A stretch of 64,000 nt of DNA from an uncultured Acidimicrobiaceae bacterium. Its GTDB lineage: Bacteria > Actinomycetota > Acidimicrobiia > Acidimicrobiales > SZUA-35. Below, piece by piece: positions 9,656 through 21,834 of the stretch. How positions within the stretch are numbered: the first letter of the stretch is position 1; the number at the start of each line of letters is the position of its first letter. The position numbers and the translations under genes are program-made. The notes under the pieces are model-generated. The model had not been told where the DNA came from, searched no databases, and saw nothing but the letters and a program-made list of their open reading frames with translations. The DNA lies in contig CAMYLA010000011.1 in assembly GCA_947259095.1 (NCBI GenBank), positions 516 to 64,515 on the forward strand, given 5' to 3'.

Positions 9656-11629
9656 TCAGTTGCCATCGGCCGTTTCGGCCGGTTCGATCACCATCAGCAG
9701 AACGTCCTTCTCCACCTGGTCGCCGACGGCGACCCGGACTTCGGTGACGTGGCCGTGGGTGGTGGCGGCCAGATGATTCTCCATCTTCATCGCCTCCAAC
9801 ACTGCAACCACCTGCCCGACCTGCACCTCGTCGCCGATCGTCACCCTTATCTCCAGGACCTTGCCCGGCATCGGCGCCGCCACCGCCCCGCCCGGCAGCT
9901 CGATCTCGGGCACCGAGAATCGGGGGACGAGATCGAAGCCAACACCCCCGCCGGCTCCGGTCAACTGGATTCGGGACGCCGATGTCGACACCCGCAGACC
10001 GAGCCGGTGGCCGTTCACCTCGACGTCGATGCCGTCGGGAGCCCAATGGTGCACCACGGCCCGGCCGCCGCTTCCGTCCGAGCCGAGCCGGAACCCGCCG
10101 TCCCGGGCTCGGCGGTAGTGCACGGTCAGGGTGTCGCCCTGGTGGCCGAGCTCGACCCGTTCCGGAGGGATGCGACCGACGACGAAGCCGCTCGGCAGCG
10201 CCGCCAGGGTCCTGGCCCGGGACCGATTGTCGCCCTGGACCCACATCGCGGCGGCGACCGCCAGTCGCTCCACCTGATCGGTTGGCACGGTCCGCTGCTG
10301 CGAGGGAGCAATCCGCTCGATGAAGTCGGTGGTGGTGTCGCCGGCCAGGAAGGCGTCGGTCCGCAGCACCGCCGCCAGGAAATCCCGGTTGGTGACCACC
10401 CCGTCGAGGTGGAGATCTTCCAGGCCACGGGCCAACCGGCCTGCAGCCTCGGTCCGACTGGGGGCGTGGGCGATCACCTTGGCGATCATGGGGTCGAAGT
10501 CGACCCCGATCACCGACCCGGCCTCGACCCCGGTGTCCCATCGAAGCACCGGCTCGTCGGCCGGGGCGAACGCATCGAGGGTTCCGATCGCCGGCAGGAA
10601 CCCATTGGCCGGATCCTCGGCGTAGAGGCGGGCTTCGATGGCGTGGCCCTCGAAGGTCACGTCATCCTGGCCGTAGCCGAGCGGCTGACCCATGGCGATC
10701 CGCAGCTGGTCCCGGACAAGGTCCCGACCGGTGACCTCCTCGGTCACCGGATGCTCGACCTGGAGCCGGGTGTTGACCTCCAGGAAGAAGAACCCACCGG
10801 TCTCGTCGTCGACCAGGAACTCGACCGTACCGGCCGAGCGGTACTGCAGGGCCGCCGCCAGTCGCAGCGCCGCATCTCCCATCTCTGCCCGGAGCTCGTC
10901 GGACACGAACGGCGACGGTGACTCCTCGATGATCTTCTGGTGGCGGCGCTGGATGCTGCACTCGCGTTCGCCGAGGTGGACCAGGTTGCCGTGGCTGTCG
11001 CCGAGGACCTGGATCTCGACGTGGCGGGATCGGGCGACGTAGCGCTCGGCGAAAACCCGGTCGTCGCCGAAACCGGCATGGGCCTCCCGTTTTGCCGCCA
11101 CCACCGCATCGTCGAGTACGGCGGCCGACTCGACGATCCGCATACCCTTGCCACCACCACCGGCCGCAGCCTTGATCAGCAGCGGAAAGCCGATCGAGGC
11201 GAACCGGGCCGGGTCCTCCTGCGACACCAGGACCGGTACGCCGGCCTCGATGGCCAGCTTCTTGGCCTCGATCTTGTCGCCCATGGCTCGGATCGCCTCG
11301 ACCGACGGTCCAACCCAGGCCAGGCCGGCTTCTTGGGTGGCGGCGGCGAAGTCGCCGTTCTCGGCCAGGAACCCGTACCCGGGATGGATCGCCCCGGCCC
11401 CGGTTGCGGCGGCGGCGGCGATGATCGCCTCACCGTCGAGATAGCCGTCGATCCTGATCGCCTCGTCGGCCTCGGCGACGAACGGGGCGTCTTCGTCGGC
11501 GGCGACGAAGACGGCCACGGTCCGCAGGCCCATGGCCCGGGCGGTGCGGAACACCCGGCGGGCGATCTCGCCCCGATTGGCCACCAGCAGCTTGTCGAAT
11601 CGCCCCGACCCCGCAGCGTCACCTGTCAT
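9656..11629 (-). CDS. biotin-dependent acyl-CoA carboxylase alpha subunit (biotin carboxylase + BCCP domains)
   Basis: The N-terminus [14 protein letters not shown] is a biotin-carboxylase ATP-grasp signature. [10 protein letters not shown] is present. The C-terminal biotinylation motif EAMKMEN is present. Confidence 0.9.
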   Translation of the reverse strand: MTGDAAGSGRFDKLLVANRGEIARRVFRTARAMGLRTVAVFVAADEDAPFVAEADEAIRIDGYLDGEAIIAAAAATGAGAIHPGYGFLAENGDFAAATQEAGLAWVGPSVEAIRAMGDKIEAKKLAIEAGVPVLVSQEDPARFASIGFPLLIKAAAGGGGKGMRIVESAAVLDDAVVAAKREAHAGFGDDRVFAERYVARSRHVEIQVLGDSHGNLVHLGERECSIQRRHQKIIEESPSPFVSDELRAEMGDAALRLAAALQYRSAGTVEFLVDDETGGFFFLEVNTRLQVEHPVTEEVTGRDLVRDQLRIAMGQPLGYGQDDVTFEGHAIEARLYAEDPANGFLPAIGTLDAFAPADEPVLRWDTGVEAGSVIGVDFDPMIAKVIAHAPSRTEAAGRLARGLEDLHLDGVVTNRDFLAAVLRTDAFLAGDTTTDFIERIAPSQQRTVPTDQVERLAVAAAMWVQGDNRSRARTLAALPSGFVVGRIPPERVELGHQGDTLTVHYRRARDGGFRLGSDGSGGRAVVHHWAPDGIDVEVNGHRLGLRVSTSASRIQLTGAGGGVGFDLVPRFSVPEIELPGGAVAAPMPGKVLEIRVTIGDEVQVGQVVAVLEAMKMENHLAATTHGHVTEVRVAVGDQVEKDVLLMVIEPAETADGN

Positions 11630-11716
11630 CGATGCCCCCCTCCTGCAGGGTTTGCCGCCTCATCAGCCCCGACGTTTCGCCGTAGGCGAAACTCGAGCGA
11701 CCCGTAGGGTCGCCGG

Positions 11717-13357
<1,641 letters not shown>

Positions 13358-13566
13358 CCCGGCGATCGTAGAGGTGGCCTCCGGGGGACGCCAGTCTCGT
13401 CGGGCGGTCCGCTCCGACCGCGCCGATCGGGGTGTCGGCGGGCCCGATCGGCGACTCGACGGTCGGGGGCCGGGGCGGTAACGTCTGACCTCCAACCTGC
13501 GATGAACCTGCGAAGAACCGAACGACGGGTCACGGTCCGTCGCCGATCGAAAGATGAGGTCCCGGC

Positions 13567-14463
13567 GTGGCCATCCCCACCAGTCTGGCCGGAACCGGCG
13601 TCGAGCCGATGGTTCATCGGGTCGACGCGCGGTGGACGATGGCCTATGCGGCCTCGATCGGGGACCATCTGCCGGTCTACCTCGACACGACCCGGCCCGG
13701 CGGGGTCGTGGCCCATCCGCTTTTCTCGGTCTGTCCGGAGTGGCCGGTCATCGTCCGGGCCCGTCAGCTGTCGACCGAGGCCGGCGTCTCGGCCGAGGAG
13801 GTTCGAACCGGTGTCCATGCCACCCACGATGTGGTCATCCACCGGCTGATCCGACCCGGCGACGTGCTGACCACGTCGCTGGAAACCAGCGGCGTCGTCG
13901 ACATCAAGCCGGGGGCGATGACCACAACCCGACTGCAGACCACCGATGCCGACGGCTCCCCGGTGGCGACGACCACCCAGAACGGGATCTACCTGGGGGT
14001 CCACACCACCGGTGAGGATCGACCCGATCCGACACCACCGCCGCCGATACCGGGATCGGATCGGCAGGGCGAGCCGCAACGGATCGACGTCGCCATCGAC
14101 GCCGGCGCGGCCCACATCTACACCGAGTGCGCCAGGATCTGGAATCCCATCCACACCGACAAGGCGGTGGCGCTGGCGGCGGGGCTGCCAGACATCATCC
14201 TCCACGGCACCGCCAACCTGGCCCACGGCGTGTCGGCCGTCGTCGAGCATCGGGCCGACGGACGGCCGGCGTTGGTGCGGCGGCTGTCCTGCCGTTTCAA
14301 GGCCATGGTCCGGTTGCCGTCGACGGTCACGATCCTGATCTGGCCGGCCAACGACACCGGCGACGGCCTGCGGACCGTCCCGTTCGAGGTGCTGAACACG
14401 GACGGGGCGCCGGCGGTGGAAGACGGTCTGGCGGTCCTCGGCGAACCGGCGGTCGACTCGTGA
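13567..14463 (+). CDS. MaoC-like double hot-dog (R)-hydratase/dehydratase family protein
   Basis: A 298-aa protein with two hot-dog halves. The C-terminal half carries IWNPIHTDKAVALAAGLPDIILHG (hydratase-2-like N-P-I-H). The Asp of the canonical G-D-x-N-P-I-H motif is not evident. GTG start with a GAGG shortly upstream. Confidence 0.7.
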   Translation: MAIPTSLAGTGVEPMVHRVDARWTMAYAASIGDHLPVYLDTTRPGGVVAHPLFSVCPEWPVIVRARQLSTEAGVSAEEVRTGVHATHDVVIHRLIRPGDVLTTSLETSGVVDIKPGAMTTTRLQTTDADGSPVATTTQNGIYLGVHTTGEDRPDPTPPPPIPGSDRQGEPQRIDVAIDAGAAHIYTECARIWNPIHTDKAVALAAGLPDIILHGTANLAHGVSAVVEHRADGRPALVRRLSCRFKAMVRLPSTVTILIWPANDTGDGLRTVPFEVLNTDGAPAVEDGLAVLGEPAVDS

Positions 14464-15191
14464 GCGAGCCGGATCAGGGGTCCTCGGCGTCGGGGCCCGA
14501 CGATCTCTCGGTGCTGGACAATATGGCCTGGCATGCGCTTCGGGGCCCCCAGGCCGATCTGGCGGAGTGGTCACCAGACGGGCGGGCCGGCCGCTACCGG
14601 CGCAAGGTCTCCCCCATCTGCGGGGTGCCGACCACCGGCGCCGACGATTGGGCCGGGCTGGCTGCCCTGGCCGGTCCCGGCGGCTACGTCAGCCTGTTCC
14701 GCGACGAGATCAACCCGGCGCCTGCGCCGTGGAAGGAGCTGTTCCGAGAGGAGATCACCCAGTACGTTGCCGGCGGCTTGGTCGATCCTCCCGACATCGG
14801 GATCACCGAACTGGGCCCCGATGATGTCGAGGAGATGGTGTCGCTGGCGAAGCTGACCGAACCCGGCCCGTTCAGCACCCAGACCCACCGCACCGGACGC
14901 TACTTCGGAGTGCGGCGCCAGGGGCGTCTCATCGCCATGGCCGGCGAGCGGATGCGGGTGGCGGGCTGGGGCGAGGTTTCGGCGGTCTGCGTTCACCCCG
15001 ACGGTCAGCGCCAGGGGCTCGGTGAGGCGCTGACCCTGGCCGCGGCCAAGGCCATCACCGACCGCGGCGACAGGGCCATGCTCCATGTGCGGGGTGGCAA
15101 CGACCCGGCCCACCGGCTCTACCTCCGCCTCGGCTTCGAGGTTCGCCGCCCCATCGCCGTTGGCGTGTATCGGTTGATCGACGAGCGCTGA
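14460..15191 (+). CDS. GNAT-family N-acetyltransferase
   Basis: The acetyl-CoA-binding motif is visible in VHPDGQRQGLGEAL, and the C-terminal end reads RLYLRLGF. I place the start at GTG 14460, which overlaps the MaoC TGA as GTGA. ATG 14523 is an alternative. Confidence 0.7.
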   Translation: MSEPDQGSSASGPDDLSVLDNMAWHALRGPQADLAEWSPDGRAGRYRRKVSPICGVPTTGADDWAGLAALAGPGGYVSLFRDEINPAPAPWKELFREEITQYVAGGLVDPPDIGITELGPDDVEEMVSLAKLTEPGPFSTQTHRTGRYFGVRRQGRLIAMAGERMRVAGWGEVSAVCVHPDGQRQGLGEALTLAAAKAITDRGDRAMLHVRGGNDPAHRLYLRLGFEVRRPIAVGVYRLIDER

Positions 15192-15323
15192 CCGGCCGGC
15201 AACCCGAGCCGGTGCCCCGCTGGATGGCCGGGTCCGGCCCCGGTTGGTTAGGTTTTCATTCTCGGCAGATCGTGGCCGGTGCCCGCAACCCCACGGTCCC
15301 CACAAGCAACAGGAGGGCTCTCA

Positions 15324-15800
15324 ATGACGAATCCAGCCGACCGGCCGTTCAAGGTCCTCGGTGTGCAACAGATCGCCATCGGCGGACCCGACCTCGATCC
15401 GATGCGCCATTTCTGGGGCCAGCTGCTGGGGATAGCCAAGGTCGGCGAGTACACCAGCGAGACCGAGAACGTCATCGAGGACATTCTCCAGGTCGGCAGC
15501 GGCACCGCAGCGGTGGAGATCGACCTCATGCAGCCGGTCGATCCCGACGCCAGCCCCAAGGTCGACAGGACGCCGCTCAATCACATCGGGTTGTGGATCG
15601 ATGATCTTGCCGCCGCAGTCACGTGGTTGACAGCCAACGGCGTGCGGTTCACCCCCGGCGGCATCCGGCCCGGCGCGGCCGGTCACGACATCTGCTTCGT
15701 GCACCCAAAGGGAAACGACGAGTTCCCGAACAGCGGCCAGGGTGTCCTGATCGAGCTCGTTCAGGCGCCGGCCGAACTGATCGCCCAATCGCCGGCGTGA
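15324..15800 (+). CDS. VOC/glyoxalase-fold protein, methylmalonyl-CoA-epimerase-like
   Basis: Motifs [11 protein letters not shown] and FVHPKG...[14 protein letters not shown] at 15311-15316 sits 7 nt upstream of ATG 15324. Confidence 0.7.
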   Translation: MTNPADRPFKVLGVQQIAIGGPDLDPMRHFWGQLLGIAKVGEYTSETENVIEDILQVGSGTAAVEIDLMQPVDPDASPKVDRTPLNHIGLWIDDLAAAVTWLTANGVRFTPGGIRPGAAGHDICFVHPKGNDEFPNSGQGVLIELVQAPAELIAQSPA

Positions 15801-15845
15801 CCGGTCGGTCCGGCGCCGACGGCCGGGCCGAGCCGGAGCCCCGGC

Positions 15846-16073
15846 TCAGCCGACCCCGGGTCGCATCGTGCCCGCTTCGTCGGGGTCGCCCTCGTCGTCG
15901 GGCTCGACGGACCGGATGATGGCGGTGATGTCGCCTGCCGGATCGTTGCGGCGGGCCTGCCGGGCCTTGGCCACCAGGTCGGCGGCCCCGGGCGGACCGT
16001 AGAGCCCGGCCCAGATCTGCTCCTGTCGAGCCAGCGCCTTTTCGTCTTCGGCGTTCGTGCTGTCGGCTTGCAT
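15846..16073 (-). CDS. small hypothetical protein (75 aa, acidic)
   Basis: High third-position GC runs through the frame from ATG 16073 (MQADSTNAEDEKALARQEQIW...). I recognise no motif. Confidence 0.4.
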   Translation of the reverse strand: MQADSTNAEDEKALARQEQIWAGLYGPPGAADLVAKARQARRNDPAGDITAIIRSVEPDDEGDPDEAGTMRPGVG

Positions 16074-16228
16074 GCAGCCACCGTATCTCACCCCTCTGCG
16101 GCGCCGCATCAGCTCGTCGCAGCCTGCGGTCGGGCGCCGGATCCCACTTCGCAAGCTCCGGCCCGATCGTGCTACGAATGAAGCAAGCCCGCGGCCCCAC
16201 CGGGGCAGTCGACGTCTGGGAGCGTGAC

Positions 16229-17458
16229 ATGTCAATGGAATCCACCGAGCAGGGTCTTGAGCTACAGGCCCAAGTCAAGTCGTTCATGGACGACTTCATC
16301 TATCCGAACGAGGAGGAGTACTACGAGGAGTACGCCTCCCTCGACAACGTGCACGCCACGCCACCGATGATGGAGAAACTCAAGGCGGCGGCCAGGGAGC
16401 GGGGGCTGTGGAACATGTTCATTCCCCACCTCGACCCCCAGGCCCCCGGCACCAAGCTCTCCAACCTGGACTACGCACCGATCTCGGAGCAGCTGGGCCA
16501 GGTGACGTTCGCTTCCGAGGCGCTGAACTGCTCGGCCCCCGACACCGGGAACATGGAGATCCTCAACCTCTACGCCTCCGACGCAGTGAAGGAGCGCTGG
16601 CTCGCTCCCCTGCTCCAGGGTGAGATCCGCTCCGCGTTCTCCATGACCGAGCCGGACGTCGCCAGCTCGGATGCCTCCAACATCGAGCTCCGCATCGACA
16701 AAGACGGCGACCATTACGTCCTCAACGGCAAGAAGTGGTTCTCCTCGAATGCACTCCGGCCCGAGTGTGAGGTCCTGATCGTGATGGGCAAGAACGATCC
16801 CGACGGATCCCGCCATCGCCAGCAGTCGATGATCGTCGTCCCCAAGGACACGCCCGGTATCAGTATCGGCCGCGACCCGTTGGTCTTCGGCTACCACGAT
16901 CGCGGTGGCCACCCCGAGGTGATCTACGAAAACGTCCGAGTCCCGGAGGACCATATCCTCGGGGGCGAGGGCGAAGGCTTCGCCATCAGCCAGGCCCGCC
17001 TCGGGCCGGGGCGTATCCACCACTGCATGCGGACGATCGGGGTCGCCGAACGGGCCCTGGCGTTGATGGTCAAGCGATCCGTGGAACGGGAGACCTTCGG
17101 CAAGATGCTGGCCCAGCACGGCGTGGTCCAGGATCAGATCGCCCTGTCCCGGATCGAGATCGACCAGGCCCGCCAGTACGTGCTGCACGTGGCCCATCTG
17201 ATGGACACCGTCGGAAACAAGGCGGCAGCCCAGGAGATCTCCGGCATCAAGGTCGCCGTTCCCAACATGGCCCTCGGGGTCCTGGATCGGGCCATCCAGG
17301 TCCACGGCGCAGCCGGTGTCACCCAGTTCACGCCGCTGGCCCACATGTGGGCCCACATGCGGACCCTGCGAATCGCCGATGGCCCGGACGAGGTGCACAA
17401 GATGACCATCGCCCGCCGGGAGATCCGCCAGCATCACCCCGAGTTCCGGATGAGCTGA
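16229..17458 (+). CDS. acyl-CoA dehydrogenase (FadE2/ACAD10-11-like)
   Basis: ACAD pattern throughout: FSMTEPDVASSD, GEGFAISQARLGPGRIHHCMR, and C-terminal ADGPDEVH. The start is set at ATG 16229. Confidence 0.9.
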   Translation: MSMESTEQGLELQAQVKSFMDDFIYPNEEEYYEEYASLDNVHATPPMMEKLKAAARERGLWNMFIPHLDPQAPGTKLSNLDYAPISEQLGQVTFASEALNCSAPDTGNMEILNLYASDAVKERWLAPLLQGEIRSAFSMTEPDVASSDASNIELRIDKDGDHYVLNGKKWFSSNALRPECEVLIVMGKNDPDGSRHRQQSMIVVPKDTPGISIGRDPLVFGYHDRGGHPEVIYENVRVPEDHILGGEGEGFAISQARLGPGRIHHCMRTIGVAERALALMVKRSVERETFGKMLAQHGVVQDQIALSRIEIDQARQYVLHVAHLMDTVGNKAAAQEISGIKVAVPNMALGVLDRAIQVHGAAGVTQFTPLAHMWAHMRTLRIADGPDEVHKMTIARREIRQHHPEFRMS

Positions 17459-17539
17459 CGGCTCCGGGCGGCAACGCCCCGAGTGGGGATCGCCGACCGG
17501 CGACCGAGGCATTGACCCCACCCGGCCCGGTCTCGAGGT

Positions 17540-17613
17540 GGGAACGACTGCGGATCGCACCGTTCCCATCTCGGCCGGCCGACCCCCACCCCGAACCCGG
17601 TCCGGGGTGGGTC
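17540..17613. terminator. candidate bidirectional terminator hairpins between convergent genes
   Basis: Two hairpins are visible. The first is GGGAACG-N14-CGTTCCC (17540-17567). The second is GACCC(CC)ACCCCG-N9-CGGGGTGGGTC (17581-17613). No U-tract follows either one, which is common in high-GC actinobacteria. Confidence 0.3.
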
Positions 17614-17622
17614 GATTCCGAC

Positions 17623-18780
17623 TCAGTCCGCTTGGACAGCGTGCTTCTCGGTCCAGGCGGCCAGGGCGTCTGACTGTTCGGTGTTGAGCTTCTCCCGGAC
17701 CGCCTGGGCCCGGACCACGGCATCGAGCATCCTGGCGTAGGTGTTTCCCTGGAAACGGGGCATGACCTGCTGGGCCAGCAGCTCGTAACTGCGGGCCTTG
17801 GCCGCCGGGTTGGCGAAGTCGTGATCCATGCACAGGTAGCCGCCGAACCCGCCGGACTGCTTCCACAACGACTCGATCTGCTTGGCGCAATCCTCCGGGG
17901 TGCCGATCGCTCCGATGCCGGTTTCGTTTACCCAGGCGATCCGCTCCTGCAGCGTGTCGCCCTCGGGGCAGAACTGGGGGGCGGCGGCGGTGTGCTGGAG
18001 GTAGTCGAACCAGTGCTCGATCCCGTACTCCACATCTCGAAGCGCCTGTTCCTTGGTCTCGGCGATGTGCATCACCCCGACCAGACGCCATTTGTCCCGG
18101 TCGGCCGTGTTGCCGTGCTCGGCTGCCATGTCCTTCCAGACGTCATGGTGGAGCGCCAACATGTCGGCTCCGATCTGCAGGGTCGCACCGATGGACAACA
18201 GGCCGATGCCGTGGCGCCCGGCGATGCGGGGGCCCGATGGTGAGGCGATGGCCGCCACTGCGATCTCCAGGTCGGTGGAGTACAGCGGCAGCTGGCACTT
18301 GGCGTCGTTCAGATCGAACCAGTCGGTCTTCATCGTCAGCGGGTCTTCCTCGTACAGCAAGTGCATGATCGCGGCCATGCCCTCCTCCAGCATGCGTCGC
18401 TGCTCGGAGGGGTGGATGCCGATCATGTGGGCATCGGTCGGCAGTGCCCCCGGCCCGGCACCGAACATGAATCGACCGCGACTGAGATGGTCGAGCAGGG
18501 TGATGCGATCGGCCACCCACAGCGGGTTGTGGTACGGGACCGACAACACACCGGTGCCGAGCTTGATGTTGCGGGTCCGCTCGAGGGCCGTGGCGCAAAA
18601 GATGAGCGGGTCGGCGATGATCTCGGTGCCGCAGGAGTGGTGTTCACCGATCCACGCCTCGTCGAAGCCGAGATAGTCGAGATGGCGAATCAGCTCGAGA
18701 TCTCGATGGAGATTGGCGTTGGGATTGGTGGCGTGGTCATGGAACGGAGCATGAAACATGCCGAACTTCATACGGTTCAT
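17623..18780 (-). CDS. LLM-class (luciferase-like) flavin/F420-dependent oxidoreductase
   Basis: The N-terminus MKFGMFHAPFH...FDEAWIGEHH is typical of luciferase-like monooxygenases. The start is trimmed to ATG 18780. Confidence 0.85.
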   Translation of the reverse strand: MNRMKFGMFHAPFHDHATNPNANLHRDLELIRHLDYLGFDEAWIGEHHSCGTEIIADPLIFCATALERTRNIKLGTGVLSVPYHNPLWVADRITLLDHLSRGRFMFGAGPGALPTDAHMIGIHPSEQRRMLEEGMAAIMHLLYEEDPLTMKTDWFDLNDAKCQLPLYSTDLEIAVAAIASPSGPRIAGRHGIGLLSIGATLQIGADMLALHHDVWKDMAAEHGNTADRDKWRLVGVMHIAETKEQALRDVEYGIEHWFDYLQHTAAAPQFCPEGDTLQERIAWVNETGIGAIGTPEDCAKQIESLWKQSGGFGGYLCMDHDFANPAAKARSYELLAQQVMPRFQGNTYARMLDAVVRAQAVREKLNTEQSDALAAWTEKHAVQAD

Positions 18781-18998
18781 TACGGTTGGTCCCCTTCGGA
18801 CGTGCCTGCGACGGGTTGTCGACGACGGTGTATGTGGTGGCGAGCGGCCGGTCAACGGCGATGGTGACGACCCGCTCGCCGTCAAGGCCGGGCCGGCCCC
18901 CTTGGCGACCCCTCCAAGAAACTAGCACCGCGACCGTTGTCGCACGAGATCGGGCTTGGGGCCCGGCGATCCCCGGGCAACGAGGGCTGGCGGACCGG

Positions 18999-20246
18999 TC
19001 ACGACACCGGCGTCTCCACCGTGTCGGGACTCTGGGTGGTGGTCATCCTGGCCACCTCCGGTCGGCGAAGCGACCACACCAGCAGCACGATCGCCCCCAG
19101 CGCGGCGTTGAGCGTCAGGGCGTCGGAGACCCCGATTCGCTCGGCCACCTCCCCCAGCACGTACATGCCGAGGGGCAGGGCCCCGATTGCCATCGACAGC
19201 AGCCCGAGGGCCCGCCCCCGGAGCTCCTCGGGGGCGGCGGCCATGACGAGCGTGGTTTGGGTTGCGCCGAAGAAGCCGCTGCCGACACCGGAGCAGATCA
19301 ATGAGGCCAGGACAACGACAAAGACCGTTCCCCTGGCGAACGGCACCAGGAAGCCCAGGGCGATGAACAGACCGCCGACGTAGAACATGCCTCGGCGGAC
19401 CGGGGCCAGGCGGGCCATGACCAGCGACCCGGTCATCATGCCGATCCCGGTCCCGGCGGTCAGCAGCCCCACGAGGAACGGCGTTGCATCCAACCGTTCG
19501 GCCACCACCGGGATGATCGGGAAGTAGGCGAAGAGGAAGAAGTTGGCGATCACGGTGACGCCGAGGATGGCGAACACACCCCGCTGGGCCCGCAGCGCCC
19601 GGACCCCGTCCACCAGGTCGGCGATCGGCGATCCGGTCGCCTGGGATCGGACGATGGGCGGGCTCCTGACCGGGGTGAGCAGCAGCAGCGCCACCAGCAG
19701 CAGTCCGGCGATGAAGAAGTAGGCCGAACCGACTCCGACCGCCCCCACCGCCGAACCGCCGAACAGGGCGCCGAGCACCATGCCCGATGACAGGCTCAGT
19801 GACTCCATGGCCATGGCGTGGTCGATTCGGTCATCGCCGACCAGGTCGAAAACCAGGGCCCGGCGGCTGGTCATGTCGGTGACCCAACCGATGCCGACCA
19901 GGAACATGTACAGGTAGATCACCCACAGCGGCGCCCGGTCGGTCCTGACCAGGATTCCCACGGCCACCGAGAGCGGGATGAGCACGCCGAGCTGGGTCCG
20001 AACGGTGAGCAGGCGGTCGAAACGGTCGGAAACGACCCCGCCCAACACCCCGCCGAGCAGCAATGGTGCGTACAGCATGGTGCCCGCCAGCTGCACCAGC
20101 CGGGGCGAGCCGGTCATGTCGTTGACCAGGAACGTGCCGAGGAAGGCAACCCCCCATCTGGTCAAGTGCCAGATCAGGCCACTGAGCCAGACCAGGGTGA
20201 AGTGGCGGGCGCCGAAGGCCGACGACCGTGATCGTGTTCCCGACAT
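18999..20246 (-). CDS. MFS transporter
   Basis: A 415-aa protein with about 12 hydrophobic segments. The loop 2-3 motif reads GGVVSDRFDR. Confidence 0.8.
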   Translation of the reverse strand: MSGTRSRSSAFGARHFTLVWLSGLIWHLTRWGVAFLGTFLVNDMTGSPRLVQLAGTMLYAPLLLGGVLGGVVSDRFDRLLTVRTQLGVLIPLSVAVGILVRTDRAPLWVIYLYMFLVGIGWVTDMTSRRALVFDLVGDDRIDHAMAMESLSLSSGMVLGALFGGSAVGAVGVGSAYFFIAGLLLVALLLLTPVRSPPIVRSQATGSPIADLVDGVRALRAQRGVFAILGVTVIANFFLFAYFPIIPVVAERLDATPFLVGLLTAGTGIGMMTGSLVMARLAPVRRGMFYVGGLFIALGFLVPFARGTVFVVVLASLICSGVGSGFFGATQTTLVMAAAPEELRGRALGLLSMAIGALPLGMYVLGEVAERIGVSDALTLNAALGAIVLLVWSLRRPEVARMTTTQSPDTVETPVS

Positions 20247-20290
20247 AGAAGCCGAACGTAGACCGGCCGGCCGGGCCGGGCAACGTGGGT

Positions 20291-21832
20291 TCAGCCGGCC
20301 CAGCAGCCCTGTGGCGCCAGCCTGATCGGGAAGCTGTTGCGGATCTCTCTGAGCCGGGCCCCCGGCACGTGGTCCGGGTGGTGGGTGGCCAGGGTTCGAC
20401 GCACGTAGTCGTTGGCGACGTCGTGGGCGCCACGGGCCCCGGCATCGACCCAGTCGTCGGGGCTGAGCCTGTTGCCGACCACCGGGTACACGTACTCGGT
20501 CTGCATCATGGCCAACGTCTGGCTGTGACCCAGGTAGTGGCCGGCGCCGTACACCACCTCGGCGATGGTGGCGGTCGAGAGACTGTCCGGCGTGACCTCG
20601 ATGCCGCGAACGGTTCGGTTGATCGACCCCAACATGTCGTTGTCGATCACCATCATCTCCGGGGAGCAGGCCATGAGGCTGGCCAACATCCCTGCCGACT
20701 CGTAGATCAAATTGGCCCCGGCCTGGGCCGCCAGCATGACGGTCTGGCCCTTCTCGTGGCCGGCCTGGGCGTCCGGCACCTTGGCATCGGCCATCCCGGC
20801 CGCCACCCCCGATGGCAGGCCCAGGTAGTTGGCGGTCTGGGCCGCGGCGGCGTTGAGGACCGCCTCCTCACCGCTGCCGCCGGTCATCGCCCCGGTCCGC
20901 AGGTCGGACACGAACGGCCACAACCCCATCACGCAGGGATGACCGGGGGCCAACAGGTTGACCACGGTCAGTCCGGCCAGGCATTCGGCCAATGCCTGGA
21001 CCAGGGAGCCGGCCAGGGCCGCCGGCGATGTGGCCCCGGCCTGTCCCGCCGACAGCAGGTTGATCGGCATCCCGACCCTCACCTGCTCGGGCAGGCACAG
21101 GGCCGAGTCCTCGGCGAACCGCAGCGGCGGGACCACGAACGTGTTGTTGGCCTTGCAGAACGGGCGAAGCCGGAATCGCCCCTCGCCGCCGAGGGCGATG
21201 TCGAACATGGCGGCGACCTCGTGAACCTGTGCCGGCTGAAACATCGAGACGCCGATCGGTTTCGAGGTGCCGATCATGGTGGCGAAGGCGGTGTTGAGGT
21301 CGACGTCCCGGGAGGTCTCCATGTCCCTGGTGACCACCGGCCGGACGAACAGGTGGATGTTGTCCAGGGTGTCGGCCAGCCGGGCCAGATCATACAGGTC
21401 CTGCAGGGTGCTCTCCCGGAACCGGCCGGTCTCGTGGTCGAGCATCAGCACCGCAGCACCGGCGGTGGCGAAATGCACCCGGTCGCCCCCGATCTCGATG
21501 CCGTGATCGTCGTCGAATCCGTGGAGGGTGAACTCCTTGGCTGCAGTGTCGATGGCCCGCTTGACCATGTCCCGGGGAAACCGCAGCCGACCGTCATGGT
21601 CGACCCGGCCACCGGCAGCGCAGACCAAACCCAGAATCTCCGGCGTCGGATCCCCCATGCCAAGATCTTCCAGCAGGCCGAGTGCCGCATCGAACACATC
21701 GGCCAACTGGCCGTCGCTGAGCGGTCGATAGGCTCCACCGCTCAGCCCCGGCCGAATGGCCCCGGCTCCTGTCGGCGTCGGCGCCAGACGCAACGCCACC
21801 CTGGCCGCACGGCCTCCGGCCCGTCGACCCAT
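20291..21832 (-). CDS. MttB-superfamily (trimethylamine methyltransferase family) protein, non-pyrrolysine type; candidate quaternary-amine methyltransferase
   Basis: The N-terminus GRRAGGRAARVALR...RPGLSGGAYRPLSDGQLADVFDAALGLLEDLGM matches the characteristic start of non-Pyl MttB homologues as I remember them. At 513 aa the size fits. The ORF is uninterrupted, so there is no in-frame TAG. Confidence 0.72.
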   Translation of the reverse strand: MGRRAGGRAARVALRLAPTPTGAGAIRPGLSGGAYRPLSDGQLADVFDAALGLLEDLGMGDPTPEILGLVCAAGGRVDHDGRLRFPRDMVKRAIDTAAKEFTLHGFDDDHGIEIGGDRVHFATAGAAVLMLDHETGRFRESTLQDLYDLARLADTLDNIHLFVRPVVTRDMETSRDVDLNTAFATMIGTSKPIGVSMFQPAQVHEVAAMFDIALGGEGRFRLRPFCKANNTFVVPPLRFAEDSALCLPEQVRVGMPINLLSAGQAGATSPAALAGSLVQALAECLAGLTVVNLLAPGHPCVMGLWPFVSDLRTGAMTGGSGEEAVLNAAAAQTANYLGLPSGVAAGMADAKVPDAQAGHEKGQTVMLAAQAGANLIYESAGMLASLMACSPEMMVIDNDMLGSINRTVRGIEVTPDSLSTATIAEVVYGAGHYLGHSQTLAMMQTEYVYPVVGNRLSPDDWVDAGARGAHDVANDYVRRTLATHHPDHVPGARLREIRNSFPIRLAPQGCWAG

Positions 21833-21834
21833 GC